A DNA stretch of 64,000 nucleotides, taken from assembly GCA_963775425.1 (NCBI GenBank), contig CAVZJB010000007.1, positions 224,001-288,000 on the forward strand, read 5' to 3'. The notes below the pieces were generated by a model that did no database searches, was not told where the DNA came from, and saw nothing but the letters and a program-made list of their open reading frames with translations. Every line of letters begins with the position of its first letter. Positions within the stretch are counted from its first letter, which is position 1. This DNA is from an uncultured delta proteobacterium (GTDB lineage Bacteria; Myxococcota; UBA727; VGSZ01). Made by a program: the position numbers and the translations under genes. Positions 52,754 to 62,416 of this stretch are shown piece by piece.

Positions 52754-53138
52754 ACGGTCCACCTCTGAGAGATTCCGCACGAGCCGGAAGCGGGTGCGTT
52801 TGTAAGGGCGTGAATCGCACCTTGCAATCGTGATCCGCCGCACAAAGTTCAATCAATTCAAGGTAGTAGAGGGTGAGACACCTACATGTGGGGAAAAGTC
52901 ATTACCAAGAGAAAAGCCACCTTTAGAAAGGTTTCGGCGGTCCCGAGATGTAGGTTTCGCCTCGGCGGAGGAGGAAGCATCGGACAGATGACCGATGCCT
53001 GGGAAGGCCGCGGAGGGACGCGGTGCTGCCGGTCGGGCCGGAGACCGCGCGTGCGCCAGGACACCAGATCAGGGGACATTGTCGGGATTCTGGCGCCCTG
53101 ATCGCGCGGCCGCCATCCACCGGCAGCCTGAGCCGCGG

Positions 53139-54740
53139 CTACTCGGCGGCGAGCGCGGGGGCGGCCGGGCGGGTCGACGGCGCCGGCTCGCGTTTCCGGC
53201 TGAGCACGGGATCGATGTGGACGATGCCCTGCTGGTTCACGACCACCCGCCACCGGTAGCTGGTCACGGTGCCGGTCTGGGCGTCGCTGCACTGGGCGAT
53301 GAGGTTCAGGTGATAGACCTTGGGCATGTCGGCGTGACAGAAGGTCGCGCTCTTGTGGTCGTAGTAGGCGACCTCGTCCACGGGATCGTCGAGCCGCTTC
53401 AAGATCTCGTCGAGCGACACGCGAAACAGCTCCTGCACGCCGAAGCCCTCGGGCACCGGGTCGTCGCCGCAGGTGAAGCGCACGGAGCGGTGGTACTCGA
53501 GCACGGTCTCGAGCTCGGGCGTCACGCCGCGCACCGTGCGGTGCTTGGCGCGCAGCGTGGCGACGTCCTTCGGCACCTCGTCCTGCTCGAGCCAGCGGAG
53601 CCGCTCCTGCGCGCGCCCGGAGAACGAGCCGAGGCCGGCGGCGGCCAGGGCGTCGCCGACGACCTCGCGGTCGTGGTCGTAGCGCAGGAGCCGCTTGCTC
53701 AAGGCGACGCGCACCCACTCCTTGATGCGGTCCTTGAGCATGTACGCGGCGACGCCGACGCCGATGAACAGCACGCTGGTGCCCGCCGACAGCCCCGCGG
53801 AGATGAGCGGCAACTGCGCCAGCGACGCCCAGGTGGCGGCGAGGCCCGCGGCCACCATGGCGGCGGTGTTCCGATAGAACGGGTCGCGCGCGTTGCCCCG
53901 CGTGTCGACGTAGAGCGCGCTCTGCATCTCCTTTTTCAGCAGCCCCTGCCGGTACGTGAAGTACTCGGGGGAGTCGCCCGAGGGCAAAGGGAAGCCCTGC
54001 TCCACGCGGCGGCGCACCACCTCTTCTGCGGCGCGCGCGAGGAGCAGGCGCAGGCGCACCGCGGCGCCCGAGCCGTCGCGCAGCGCGGGCAGCGTGTCGA
54101 CGACGGCCGCGAGCTCTGCGAGGCGCTCGTCGACGACGGCGCCGGCGAACTCCTCGGCGAACGCGAGCGAAGGCACCAGGGTGGACGGCGCCACCGTCCG
54201 GTACGCGCGCGCCTTGGCGCGCAGCCGGCGCACCGCGGCCAGCGCGCGGAGGACGTCGTTGCAGAAGGCCTGGACGTCGTGCTCGAGCGCGGTGACGTCG
54301 TCGCCGTGGCGCAGCGCCTTCATGCGCGCCGCCAGGGCGCGGGAGGCCATGGTGGCGGCGTCCGCCAGCTCGGCGCCGAGGCTCTTGGCGAGGCGCTCGA
54401 GCGACTCCGACGACGGCGCGCGCTCCTCGATGAGCTTGGGCAGCGCGCGCCGCAGCACGCTCGCGGGGCTCGTCTCGTGCTCGAGGTCGGCGAGCTCCTC
54501 GAGCTTGAGGTTGGGCGCGTGCAGCCGCATGTAGACGTTGATGTCCTGGTAGAAGTCCTCGCGCGTCCAGGTCTGCGACGAGATGCCGAAGCCGCGCGCG
54601 AAGTAGAACCACACCTTGGTCTCGTAGCCGCGCTCTTCGCCCTTCCTGCGGGGCAGCCGGAAGAACTGGCGCAGCTCCACCGTGCGCCGGTCGCGCGCGA
54701 CGCACTCGGGCGCCGTCCGGTCAGGGGCGAGGGCGGTCAT
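53139..54740 (-). CDS. Hypothetical membrane protein (two central TM helices)
   Basis: Long ORF with coding-type codon bias; AAGLAATWA...AYMLKDRIKEW; ATGA-coupled to the upstream HAMP gene. Confidence 0.8.
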   Translation of the reverse strand: MTALAPDRTAPECVARDRRTVELRQFFRLPRRKGEERGYETKVWFYFARGFGISSQTWTREDFYQDINVYMRLHAPNLKLEELADLEHETSPASVLRRALPKLIEERAPSSESLERLAKSLGAELADAATMASRALAARMKALRHGDDVTALEHDVQAFCNDVLRALAAVRRLRAKARAYRTVAPSTLVPSLAFAEEFAGAVVDERLAELAAVVDTLPALRDGSGAAVRLRLLLARAAEEVVRRRVEQGFPLPSGDSPEYFTYRQGLLKKEMQSALYVDTRGNARDPFYRNTAAMVAAGLAATWASLAQLPLISAGLSAGTSVLFIGVGVAAYMLKDRIKEWVRVALSKRLLRYDHDREVVGDALAAAGLGSFSGRAQERLRWLEQDEVPKDVATLRAKHRTVRGVTPELETVLEYHRSVRFTCGDDPVPEGFGVQELFRVSLDEILKRLDDPVDEVAYYDHKSATFCHADMPKVYHLNLIAQCSDAQTGTVTSYRWRVVVNQQGIVHIDPVLSRKREPAPSTRPAAPALAAE

Positions 54741-56221
54741 GCGCGCGGGATCCGCAGGGTGGTGCCGTCGGTGTCGACCTCGACGCCGCCGCCGAGGGGC
54801 TCGAGGAGCGGGCGGATCTGGGCGAGCGCGTCCCTGCCGAGGTCGGCCTCGAGCGCGAGCTGCACGCTGGTGTCGTCGACGGTGACGTCCACCGCGAGGG
54901 TGCGTTGGCGGCCCTCGAGGGCGCGCGCGCAGCCGGAGAGGCACGCCGACAACGCGCGCTGCACCCGGTGGCCGACGTCGACGACGAGGACGCTCGGCGC
55001 GCCCGTGACGGCGAGGTCGACGCCGGCGTGGGCGAAGCTGCCGCTGGCGTCGCCCTCGGCCTCCTTCAGGAGGTCGGCGAACGCGAGGGAGCGCACGCCC
55101 TCGACGCCGGGGAGCGTGGTGACGCCCGCCTTCACCGGGCCGCGGCCGAGCAGCACGTACAACGGCGGGACGCCGGGGCGCTTGAGCACGTGGACGGTGC
55201 CGCGGACGACGGCGCCGGGCGCCACCTCGACGTCGATCGGCTCGGGCTCGCCGTCGTCTTCGGCGGCGGCCAGGGCGCGCTCGAACGTCTCGGAAGCCGT
55301 CAGCTCCTTGAGCCGGCGGCTGGCGTTCGGGCCCTCGAGGCGCAGGACGGCGCGGGCGGGCCCGTTCAGGGAGAGCACCTCACCGTCGACCTCGAAGATC
55401 ACGCAGGGCAGCGGCAGGGCGTCGACGAGCTGCGCGACGACGGCGTCGGCGGAGCCGGCGTTGGCCAGGCGCCTGCGGATCTCGGCGGCCATGCCGTCGA
55501 TGGCGCGGCCGGCGTCGCCGACCTCGTCGTTCGAGCTCACCCCGGTGCGCGCCGCGAGGTCGCCCGCGCCGAGCGCCTTGGCGGCGGCGATCACCCGCCG
55601 GAGCGGCCGCTGGAAGCGCACGGCGGCGACGACGGACAGGAAGATGGCCAGGGAGATGGCGGCGGCCTCGATGTTGCGGGCGAAGCGCGTGAGGCTCTCG
55701 GTGGAGGAGCGCACGGCGGCGAGCGGCCGGGCCACGCGGACCACGGGGGTCCCGGCCTCGCGGCTCACCGGCAGCCGGGCGGCGGCGAACAGCGCGTCGG
55801 CGCCGTTGTCGGCCCGGCGCGCGGTGCCGCGGCCGGTGGCGGCGGCGTCGCGCATCTCGACGGGATCGCGGTCGGGGGCGGCGGCGGGCTCGGAGTCGAA
55901 GAGCACCTCGCCGGCGGGCCCGAAGAGGGTGACCCGGTCGCCGGTCATGTGGGCGAGGTCGCGGGCCCGCGCCACCCGATCCGCCGGCGACAGCGGGGCG
56001 AGGACGCCGGCGCTCATCTGGGCGGTGTCGAGGAGGTCGCGGGTGGCGTCGGCGACGAGGTCGTGCTCGAGGCGGGCGGTGACGTAGACGAAGTTGGGGA
56101 CGGCTGCGACGGCGAGGAGCAACACGTACGAGGACAGGAGCTTCGCGGGGAGAGGAACCCGGAGCCGGGCGAGGCTCGCCTTTCGCTCGGAGTTGTCGGG
56201 GCCGGTCACCGCGATCTTCAC
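54737..56221 (-). CDS. PhoR-like HAMP/PAS membrane sensor with degenerate kinase core
   Basis: Two TMs; [15 protein letters not shown] periplasmic region; [18 protein letters not shown]; PAS; no H-box; vestigial LGGGVEV..GTTLRIP. GTG at 56221 follows a TACACT box; ATG at 56269 is the alternative. Confidence 0.75.
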   Translation of the reverse strand: MKIAVTGPDNSERKASLARLRVPLPAKLLSSYVLLLAVAAVPNFVYVTARLEHDLVADATRDLLDTAQMSAGVLAPLSPADRVARARDLAHMTGDRVTLFGPAGEVLFDSEPAAAPDRDPVEMRDAAATGRGTARRADNGADALFAAARLPVSREAGTPVVRVARPLAAVRSSTESLTRFARNIEAAAISLAIFLSVVAAVRFQRPLRRVIAAAKALGAGDLAARTGVSSNDEVGDAGRAIDGMAAEIRRRLANAGSADAVVAQLVDALPLPCVIFEVDGEVLSLNGPARAVLRLEGPNASRRLKELTASETFERALAAAEDDGEPEPIDVEVAPGAVVRGTVHVLKRPGVPPLYVLLGRGPVKAGVTTLPGVEGVRSLAFADLLKEAEGDASGSFAHAGVDLAVTGAPSVLVVDVGHRVQRALSACLSGCARALEGRQRTLAVDVTVDDTSVQLALEADLGRDALAQIRPLLEPLGGGVEVDTDGTTLRIPRA

Positions 56222-56288
56222 CTCTTGGTCGTCGCCCTCAGTGTATGACCCCCCACCCGCGCTTGCCATATCGCCGCCCGGAAGGGGC

Positions 56289-56317
56289 TTGCCACCGCGG
56301 CGGCGACCCGCTACCTC
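56289..56317 (+). promoter_or_regulatory. Sigma70-like promoter of rpsR
   Basis: TTGCCA, 17 bp, TACCTC. Confidence 0.55.
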
Positions 56318-56348
56318 CCGCGTTCCGACTTCAGGATTGGTGATCGCG

Positions 56349-56600
56349 ATGACGACGCAGACGCAGGGATCGAACAAGGGCCGCACCCGCCGCCGCCTGC
56401 AGGACTACTTCCTTCAGAACAAGGGCACGGACATCGACTACAAGAACGCCGAGCTGATGCGGCGCTTCCTGTCCCCCGAAGGCAAGATCCTGCCCGGCCG
56501 CCGCACCGGCCTGACGTCGAAGAACCAGCGCAAGATCACCAAGGCCATCAAGCGCGCCCGCGCCATCGGCCTGCTCCCCTTTACCAACCACGACGCGTAG
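56349..56600 (+). CDS. rpsR: 30S ribosomal protein S18 (Cys-free form)
   Basis: [42 protein letters not shown]. Confidence 0.96.
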   Translation: MTTQTQGSNKGRTRRRLQDYFLQNKGTDIDYKNAELMRRFLSPEGKILPGRRTGLTSKNQRKITKAIKRARAIGLLPFTNHDA

Positions 56601-56623
56601 CGAGGGCTCTGCTCTCGCACTTG

Positions 56624-57228
56624 ACCCCCGAAGGACTGGACCGCGCCGGCTGGTCCGGCGACGAGCGGCTCCCAGCGTCGACGTGCCCCGCCGCAAGAGA
56701 CCGCGACCACGACGCCCTCCGGGGCCCTGGTCCTCGGCGCTCCCCGACATCTTCGGCCACAAGCTCGAGGGCGCCTGCGGGCGGGCCCGCACAGGTCCTC
56801 GCGCGCGGCCGACCCCGCGGACCTCGTTCTGCGCGGCCGGGCCCCGCGGACCTGCATCGCGTCCGATCCCTCGACTGGGGAGCGTGCGCCGCGGGACGGC
56901 GGCGGAGGCTCCCCGGAGCGCCTCGCGCACGGGGGCGGTCGTGGCTTCCGCGGGGTCACCCTTGTACGCGAGCGCGAGGAGGAGCCGGAGTCGCCGGCCA
57001 AGGCGTGCGCGGTCCGTCGACGTGGGGGTGACGCGGAGCCCGAGGGTGTTTCGACGAGGAGCGCCGCCGGCCGGGGCGGCGGCGAGGGCTCTGCCGAAGG
57101 GGGCCCGCCCGCAGGCGCCCTTGAGCTTGTGGATGCGGCGACGTCCGGGGAGCGCCGAGGACCAGGGCCCCCGGAGGGAGAGGCCTCGTCGCCGCACCAG
57201 GCGGCGCGGCCCGCTCACCCTCGGGGTT
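56624..57228. repeat. Intergenic element bounded by long imperfect inverted repeats
   Basis: 56715-56788 is the near reverse complement of 57102-57178, and 56624-56665 matches the reverse complement of about 57185-57228. Confidence 0.8.
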
Positions 57229-57230
57229 GC

Positions 57231-60200
57231 CTACTCGCCCTCGCCCTCGCCTTCGCCTTCGCCCTCGCCCTCGCCGGCGCTCGGGCCGATCGCGATGCCA
57301 GCGAACTGGTCGACGTCGCAGGTCTCGGCGTCGAAGGTCGGGTCGAAGTTGTTGAACGCCTGGTTCTGGTTGCCGCAGAGGAAGACGCCGCAGAGCTGGT
57401 TGTTGGCGACGTCACAGCCCTGATCACCCTGGAAGCCGTCGAGGTCCTGGATGAGGTCGTCGATCTGGCCCTCGTCGAGCTGCGGGTTGTTGGCGATCTC
57501 GACCACGCCGCGATCGCCCTGGGCGTTGTTGCCGCCCTCGCTCTCGAGGTTGGGGTTGGCGTTGCCGACGTTGGTGAGCGCGATGAGGCCGGCGTCGTCG
57601 GCCTGGTCCGCGACGTCCTGCGTGCCGCCGTCGATGAGGACCGTATCGAGCTTGGGGTTGTTGTCGATGGCCAACGCCAGGCCGATGAACGTCACGCTCT
57701 CGAGCCCCTTGAGCGACTCGAGGTTGGCGTTGTTGCGGATGCGCAGGGCGTCCCCGACCGTCGCGAGGTTCATGCCCACCGCGTTGCCGCCGACGTCGTG
57801 GGTGAGGTCGGTGAGCCCGTCCATCAGCGCCACCTCGAAGCTGCCGCCCACCGCGCCGAGCGCGTCGAGCTTCAGCTCGTCGACGCTGCCGTCGCGGGCG
57901 AGGAGGAAGTCGCCGCCCACGGTCTGCACGCCGTCGAGGCCGTCGACGTTGGCGAGCAGGGCGTCGTCGCTCACGATGAAGTCGCCGGTGCCCTGCGCGA
58001 TGTCACCGACGGTGTTGAGGTTGGCGAGCGAGTCCACGTTGACGAGCTTGGGCAGGAACGTGAGCTCGAAGTCGTCGCCGACGCTCTGCAGGTTGTTCAA
58101 CGTGAGGTTGGCGAGCTTGGCGTCGCGCGTGAGCACGAGGTCGGCGTCGACGGAGCCGAGCCCGAGCAGGTTGACGGTGACCAGCTCCGGCAGGTCGTGG
58201 AAGAACACGGCGCCGGCGGTGCCGAGGTTGTTGGAGCCGTCGATGGTGTCGAGCTGACCCGACGCCGTGATCTCGAATTTGCCGCCGATGTCCTGCAGCG
58301 CGGTGAAGCCCACGTCCTGGAGGCTGTCGTTGAACGCGATCAGGACGTCGCCGCCGATGTTGGTGACGTTGTCGAGGTTGAGCGCGCCGAGCTGGTTGTT
58401 GCCCGCGTCGATGGGAGCGTCGTTGCCGTTCTTGATGGCGCCGATGTTGAGGCTGCCGCCGATGTTGGTGACGTCGAGGCCCTGCAGGTCGTTGAAGTCC
58501 TCGGCCACGATGGTGACGTCGCCGGCCACGGCGCCGAGCTGCCCCGCGAGGGACGACAGGTTGTCGAGGTTGTTGTTGAAGCCCACGGCGAAGCCGCCGG
58601 CGCCCAGGGCGTTGGTGCCCAGGCCGTTGAAGGAGTCGAAGTTGTTGTTGCCGCCGGCCTTGAAGTTGCCGTTCTTGTCGATGCTGAGGCCGACGACGAG
58701 GCCGCCGAGGGTGGTGACGCTCTGGAAGCCGTCGAGGTCGTTGAGGTCGCTGTCGTGCATGATCAGCCGGCCGTTGACCGTGGTGAGCGCGTCGGCGAGA
58801 CGCATGCTGCCCGTGTCCGAGAACGCCACGATCACGTCCTTGCCGACGGTGGTGAGCGCGGGCAGCGAGTCGTTGCCCGCGTTTTGCGGGTCGAGGTCCA
58901 CGGTGACGCGCGGGTCGAAGGCCTGATCGTCGGCGGTGTCGAAAAGGCCGTCGGGGCCGGCGGCGAACAGCGTGTCGAGCACCTGGTCGTCGTTGCCGAA
59001 GATCTCGCCGATGGAGAAGGTGCCGCCGATGGTTGCGAGCGCGTCCGCGCCCTTGAAGTCGTCGAGGTTGCTGCCGAGGATGACGAGGTCGCCGCCGATG
59101 GCGGGCAGCGCGTCGAGCCCCTGGAAGTCCTTGAGCTTGTCGTTGAAGCCGAGCACCAGGCTGCCGGTGAGCGTGGTGAGGTTGTTCAAGCCCTGGAGGT
59201 CCTCGAGGTTCTTGTTGCCCGCGGGGCGCGGCTCTTTGAACGCGTCGAAGAACACGCCGACGAAGAGCGAGCCGTTGAGGGTCTGGAGGCCGTCGTTCTG
59301 GCCGTCGTTGCCGCCGTCGCCCTCGAGGCCCGAGAGGTCCTGCAGCGAGTCGTTGCCGGCGATGAAGATGTTCCCCGTGAGCTCCGGCATGTCGTCGAGG
59401 CCGGCCAGGGTGGTCATGGCGGGGTTGAAGCCGATGAAGATGTCACCGTTGGTGACGGTGGTGAGGTTGTCGAGGCCGGTGAGGTCCTGCAGCCCGGCGT
59501 TGCCCGCGGGGATGATGTTGTTGTCGTCGTCGAAGTCGATGCCGATGGCGAGCGCCTGCGCCGCCTTGCCGTCGTTGTCGATCTTGTCGAGGGTCTCGAG
59601 GCCGGTGAAGTCCGTGAGCGAGTCGTTGCCGAACACCCGCACGAAGCCGAAGATCTCGTCGAGCTGCGTGAAGCCGGCAAAGCCCGTGAACGCCGGGTTG
59701 TTGCCGACGATCAGGTTGCCCGCGTTGTCGGCCTTGCCCGCGAAGCGCGCGTCGTCGCGGATGCGCTCGAGGGCGGGGAAGGTGAGGTTCGACAGGGCGG
59801 CGTTGTCGAGCACCGTGATGTCACCGGTGGCCTCGACGACCGCCGGGAACGTGGCCGCGGTGAGGGCGGGGTTGCCGATGATGCCGATGCCGTAGGCGGC
59901 GTTTTGGAGGTTCGGCAGCTCCACCGTGGTGAGCGCGCTGTTGTTGAAGATGAGCAGGTAGCCCTGATCGATCTGCGTGAGCGCGGACAGCGGCGAGAGG
60001 TCGACGATGTCGTCGGAGTTCAGGATGGTGACGTTGCCGACGATGGTCTTGCAGTTCGCCGCCTGCTCGAGCTCCACCTGGTTGGTGATGTTGACGTCGC
60101 CCTCGGTGTCCTGGGCGCCGGCGCACAGGGGGACGCCGACGTTGGCCGGGGCGCCGTTGTCCACCACGGTGTCGGCGATCTGGTCGGTGACGAAGCCCGC

Positions 60201-60284
60201 TCCCTGGCAATCCAACGGATTGCAGCCGAAGCCGAACAGGGTGAGGACGAGGACGAACGCGAAGGCAAGCAGGTGACGGCGCAT
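57231..60284 (-). CDS. Receptor-L-domain/LRR beta-solenoid lipoprotein with a C-terminal (GE)6 tail
   Basis: LFGFGC lipobox; many N-x2-L-x2-L-x-GL-x2-L-x2-I/V-GG repeats; ends GEGEGEGEGEGE. Confidence 0.9.
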   Translation of the reverse strand: MRRHLLAFAFVLVLTLFGFGCNPLDCQGAGFVTDQIADTVVDNGAPANVGVPLCAGAQDTEGDVNITNQVELEQAANCKTIVGNVTILNSDDIVDLSPLSALTQIDQGYLLIFNNSALTTVELPNLQNAAYGIGIIGNPALTAATFPAVVEATGDITVLDNAALSNLTFPALERIRDDARFAGKADNAGNLIVGNNPAFTGFAGFTQLDEIFGFVRVFGNDSLTDFTGLETLDKIDNDGKAAQALAIGIDFDDDNNIIPAGNAGLQDLTGLDNLTTVTNGDIFIGFNPAMTTLAGLDDMPELTGNIFIAGNDSLQDLSGLEGDGGNDGQNDGLQTLNGSLFVGVFFDAFKEPRPAGNKNLEDLQGLNNLTTLTGSLVLGFNDKLKDFQGLDALPAIGGDLVILGSNLDDFKGADALATIGGTFSIGEIFGNDDQVLDTLFAAGPDGLFDTADDQAFDPRVTVDLDPQNAGNDSLPALTTVGKDVIVAFSDTGSMRLADALTTVNGRLIMHDSDLNDLDGFQSVTTLGGLVVGLSIDKNGNFKAGGNNNFDSFNGLGTNALGAGGFAVGFNNNLDNLSSLAGQLGAVAGDVTIVAEDFNDLQGLDVTNIGGSLNIGAIKNGNDAPIDAGNNQLGALNLDNVTNIGGDVLIAFNDSLQDVGFTALQDIGGKFEITASGQLDTIDGSNNLGTAGAVFFHDLPELVTVNLLGLGSVDADLVLTRDAKLANLTLNNLQSVGDDFELTFLPKLVNVDSLANLNTVGDIAQGTGDFIVSDDALLANVDGLDGVQTVGGDFLLARDGSVDELKLDALGAVGGSFEVALMDGLTDLTHDVGGNAVGMNLATVGDALRIRNNANLESLKGLESVTFIGLALAIDNNPKLDTVLIDGGTQDVADQADDAGLIALTNVGNANPNLESEGGNNAQGDRGVVEIANNPQLDEGQIDDLIQDLDGFQGDQGCDVANNQLCGVFLCGNQNQAFNNFDPTFDAETCDVDQFAGIAIGPSAGEGEGEGEGEGEGE

Positions 60285-60318
60285 GGGGGACCCTCTGGGG
60301 GGCCCGAATGTAGCACGC

Positions 60319-61296
60319 TCACGAGCTCGCGAGGACGTACGAAAAGACCAAGGGCGCGACGATGGTGGCGTCGGACTCGATGATGAATTTCGGGCCCTTG
60401 GCCTCGAGCTTGCCCCAGGTGATCTTCTCGTTGGGGACGGCGCCCGAGTAGCTGCCGTACGACGTGGTGCTGTCCGAGATCTGGCAGAAGTAGGCCCACT
60501 TCTTGACCTCCTTCTTGAGGTCCTGCGTGAGCATGGGCACGACGCAGATGGGGAAATCTCCCGCGATGCCGCCGCCGATCTGGAAGAAGCCGATGTCGCA
60601 CTTCTTCTGCTCCTCGGCGTACCAGCCCGCGAGGAACTGGAGGTACTCGAGGCCGGACTTCATGGGGGCGTAGCTCTTGAGCGTGCCCTGCATCTGGGCC
60701 GCCACGAACATGTTGCCGTTGGTGCTGTCCTCCCAGCCCGGCACGATGATGGGCAGGTTCTTCTCGGCGGCCGCGAGCAGCCACGAGTTCTTGGGATCGA
60801 TCTGGTACTCGAGCTTCTTGGTGCGCAGGAGCTGGTAGAAGTACTCGTGCGGGAAGTAGCGCTTCCCCTCCTTCTCCGCGATCTGCCACAGCTCGATCAT
60901 GTGCCGCTCGATCTTCCGCATCGCCTCTTCCTCGGGGATGCAGGTGTCGGTGACGCGGTTGAGGCCCTCCTTGAGGAGCGCCACCTCCTCCTCCGCGGTC
61001 AGCGAGCGGTAGTGGGGAACGCGCTTGTACTCGTCGTGGGCGACCAGGTTGTAGACGTCCTCTTCGAGGTTGGCGCCGGTACAGCAGATGGCGGAGACCT
61101 TGTCCCGGCGGATCATCTCGGCGAGCGACAGGCCGAGCTCGGCGGTGCTCATGGCGCCGGCCATGGTGAAGAACATCTTCCCGCCGCGTTTCAGCAGCTC
61201 GATCCACGCCTCGGCCGCATCGACGACGACCGCGGCGTTGAAGTGCCGGTAGTTGTGCTTGATGAAGTCGCGGATGTTCTCGTGGGTGTACGCCAT
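60319..61296 (-). CDS. Deoxyhypusine-synthase-like protein (probable homospermidine synthase)
   Basis: AGAMSTAELG, CTGANLEED, RVTDTCIPEEE, PGWEDST, IGGGIAGDF, YGSYSGAVPNEKITWGK. Confidence 0.92.
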   Translation of the reverse strand: MAYTHENIRDFIKHNYRHFNAAVVVDAAEAWIELLKRGGKMFFTMAGAMSTAELGLSLAEMIRRDKVSAICCTGANLEEDVYNLVAHDEYKRVPHYRSLTAEEEVALLKEGLNRVTDTCIPEEEAMRKIERHMIELWQIAEKEGKRYFPHEYFYQLLRTKKLEYQIDPKNSWLLAAAEKNLPIIVPGWEDSTNGNMFVAAQMQGTLKSYAPMKSGLEYLQFLAGWYAEEQKKCDIGFFQIGGGIAGDFPICVVPMLTQDLKKEVKKWAYFCQISDSTTSYGSYSGAVPNEKITWGKLEAKGPKFIIESDATIVAPLVFSYVLASS

Positions 61297-61305
61297 CCGC
61301 GCGGA

Positions 61306-62145
61306 TTACAAGCCGAGCGCGCGTAGATCAAGACGGCCGTCCGTGAGCGGCGGGCAGAAGTAGTAGCCGCCGCTGACCGGGCGGGAGAAGGAAAAAAGCC
61401 CATCGACGATGCCGTCGTCGATGCCCGACATGCGGCTGAGCATCTTCTCGAAGCGGGCGAGGCTCTCCACGTACGCGAGGAAGTACAGCCCGTGCTCCTT
61501 CACGCCGCCCCAGGGCATGGAGCGGCGCACCATGAACGCCGGCGGGTCGTAGCTCTCCTGCGCCGCGCGCTTCACGTGCGCCGACGGCGGCGCGTCCGCG
61601 AGCTCCTCGTCGTCCTCGAGGCGGCGGCCGATGACGTGATCGCGGGCCATCTCCGTCATGCGATCGAGCGCACTCAGGTCGTGCACCCACTTCTGCACGG
61701 CGCAGAAGCTGCCGCCGTCGAGGGCGCCGCGGCCGCTCACGACGGCGGCGTCGGTGGCGGCGTCGCCGTGGGGGTTCTCGGTGCCGTCGACGAAGCCGGA
61801 GAGGTCGCGGCCGCCGAGGTAGCTGAAGCCGTCCACCTCCTCCACCAGCTCGAAGGTCCCGCGCAACGTCCGCGCGAGGCGCATGCCGGCCTCGAGCTGC
61901 GCGCCCTTCTCCGCATGCGCGGTGCTTGCCCACAGCGCGTGCTGCGTCGAAGCGAAGAGCGGGAAGTGCGAAGGGAACGGCTTGAGCCCCTCGACGCGGG
62001 CGGCGGGGGCACCCACACCGAGGATGATGTCGTTGTCCCACGGCTTCTGTGAGAGCGCCCTCAAGCCTTCGGCGGGATCGCCGATGAGATCGAAATGAAG
62101 GAAGCGCGCGGAGGGACGAACGGGCTCGAGGACGAGGGGCTGCAT
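61306..62145 (-). CDS. Dyp-type peroxidase
   Basis: GRDLSGFVDGTENP, QKWVHDL, IGR, SAHVKR, RRSMPWG, GGYYFCP. Confidence 0.94.
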   Translation of the reverse strand: MQPLVLEPVRPSARFLHFDLIGDPAEGLRALSQKPWDNDIILGVGAPAARVEGLKPFPSHFPLFASTQHALWASTAHAEKGAQLEAGMRLARTLRGTFELVEEVDGFSYLGGRDLSGFVDGTENPHGDAATDAAVVSGRGALDGGSFCAVQKWVHDLSALDRMTEMARDHVIGRRLEDDEELADAPPSAHVKRAAQESYDPPAFMVRRSMPWGGVKEHGLYFLAYVESLARFEKMLSRMSGIDDGIVDGLFSFSRPVSGGYYFCPPLTDGRLDLRALGL

Positions 62146-62416
62146 GGCCAACGTCAATATCTCTCGCACCGGTGCGACTCAAGCAGGCGCGTGCGCACCG
62201 TGTCGTCTTCGATGCGTGTTCGGACGACATCGCTGACACGCATGTTTCGTCGATCTGACACGTCGTGTCTCACGACCGACGGAAACTCGGGGCGCAACTG
62301 GACTCGATGTTAGCGTGATTGAACAGAGAGCTCGTTGAGCGAAGGAACAGTCGACGTGACGTCGACGCACTCGACGAGGCGGGCGGGACCGGGAACGCTC
62401 GCAGGAGGATGGGGAG

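Noticed and set aside
61306-62145. Encapsulin cargo system for the Dyp peroxidase
   Set aside because: There is no C-terminal GSL.IGSL-type targeting extension and no encapsulin gene adjacent.
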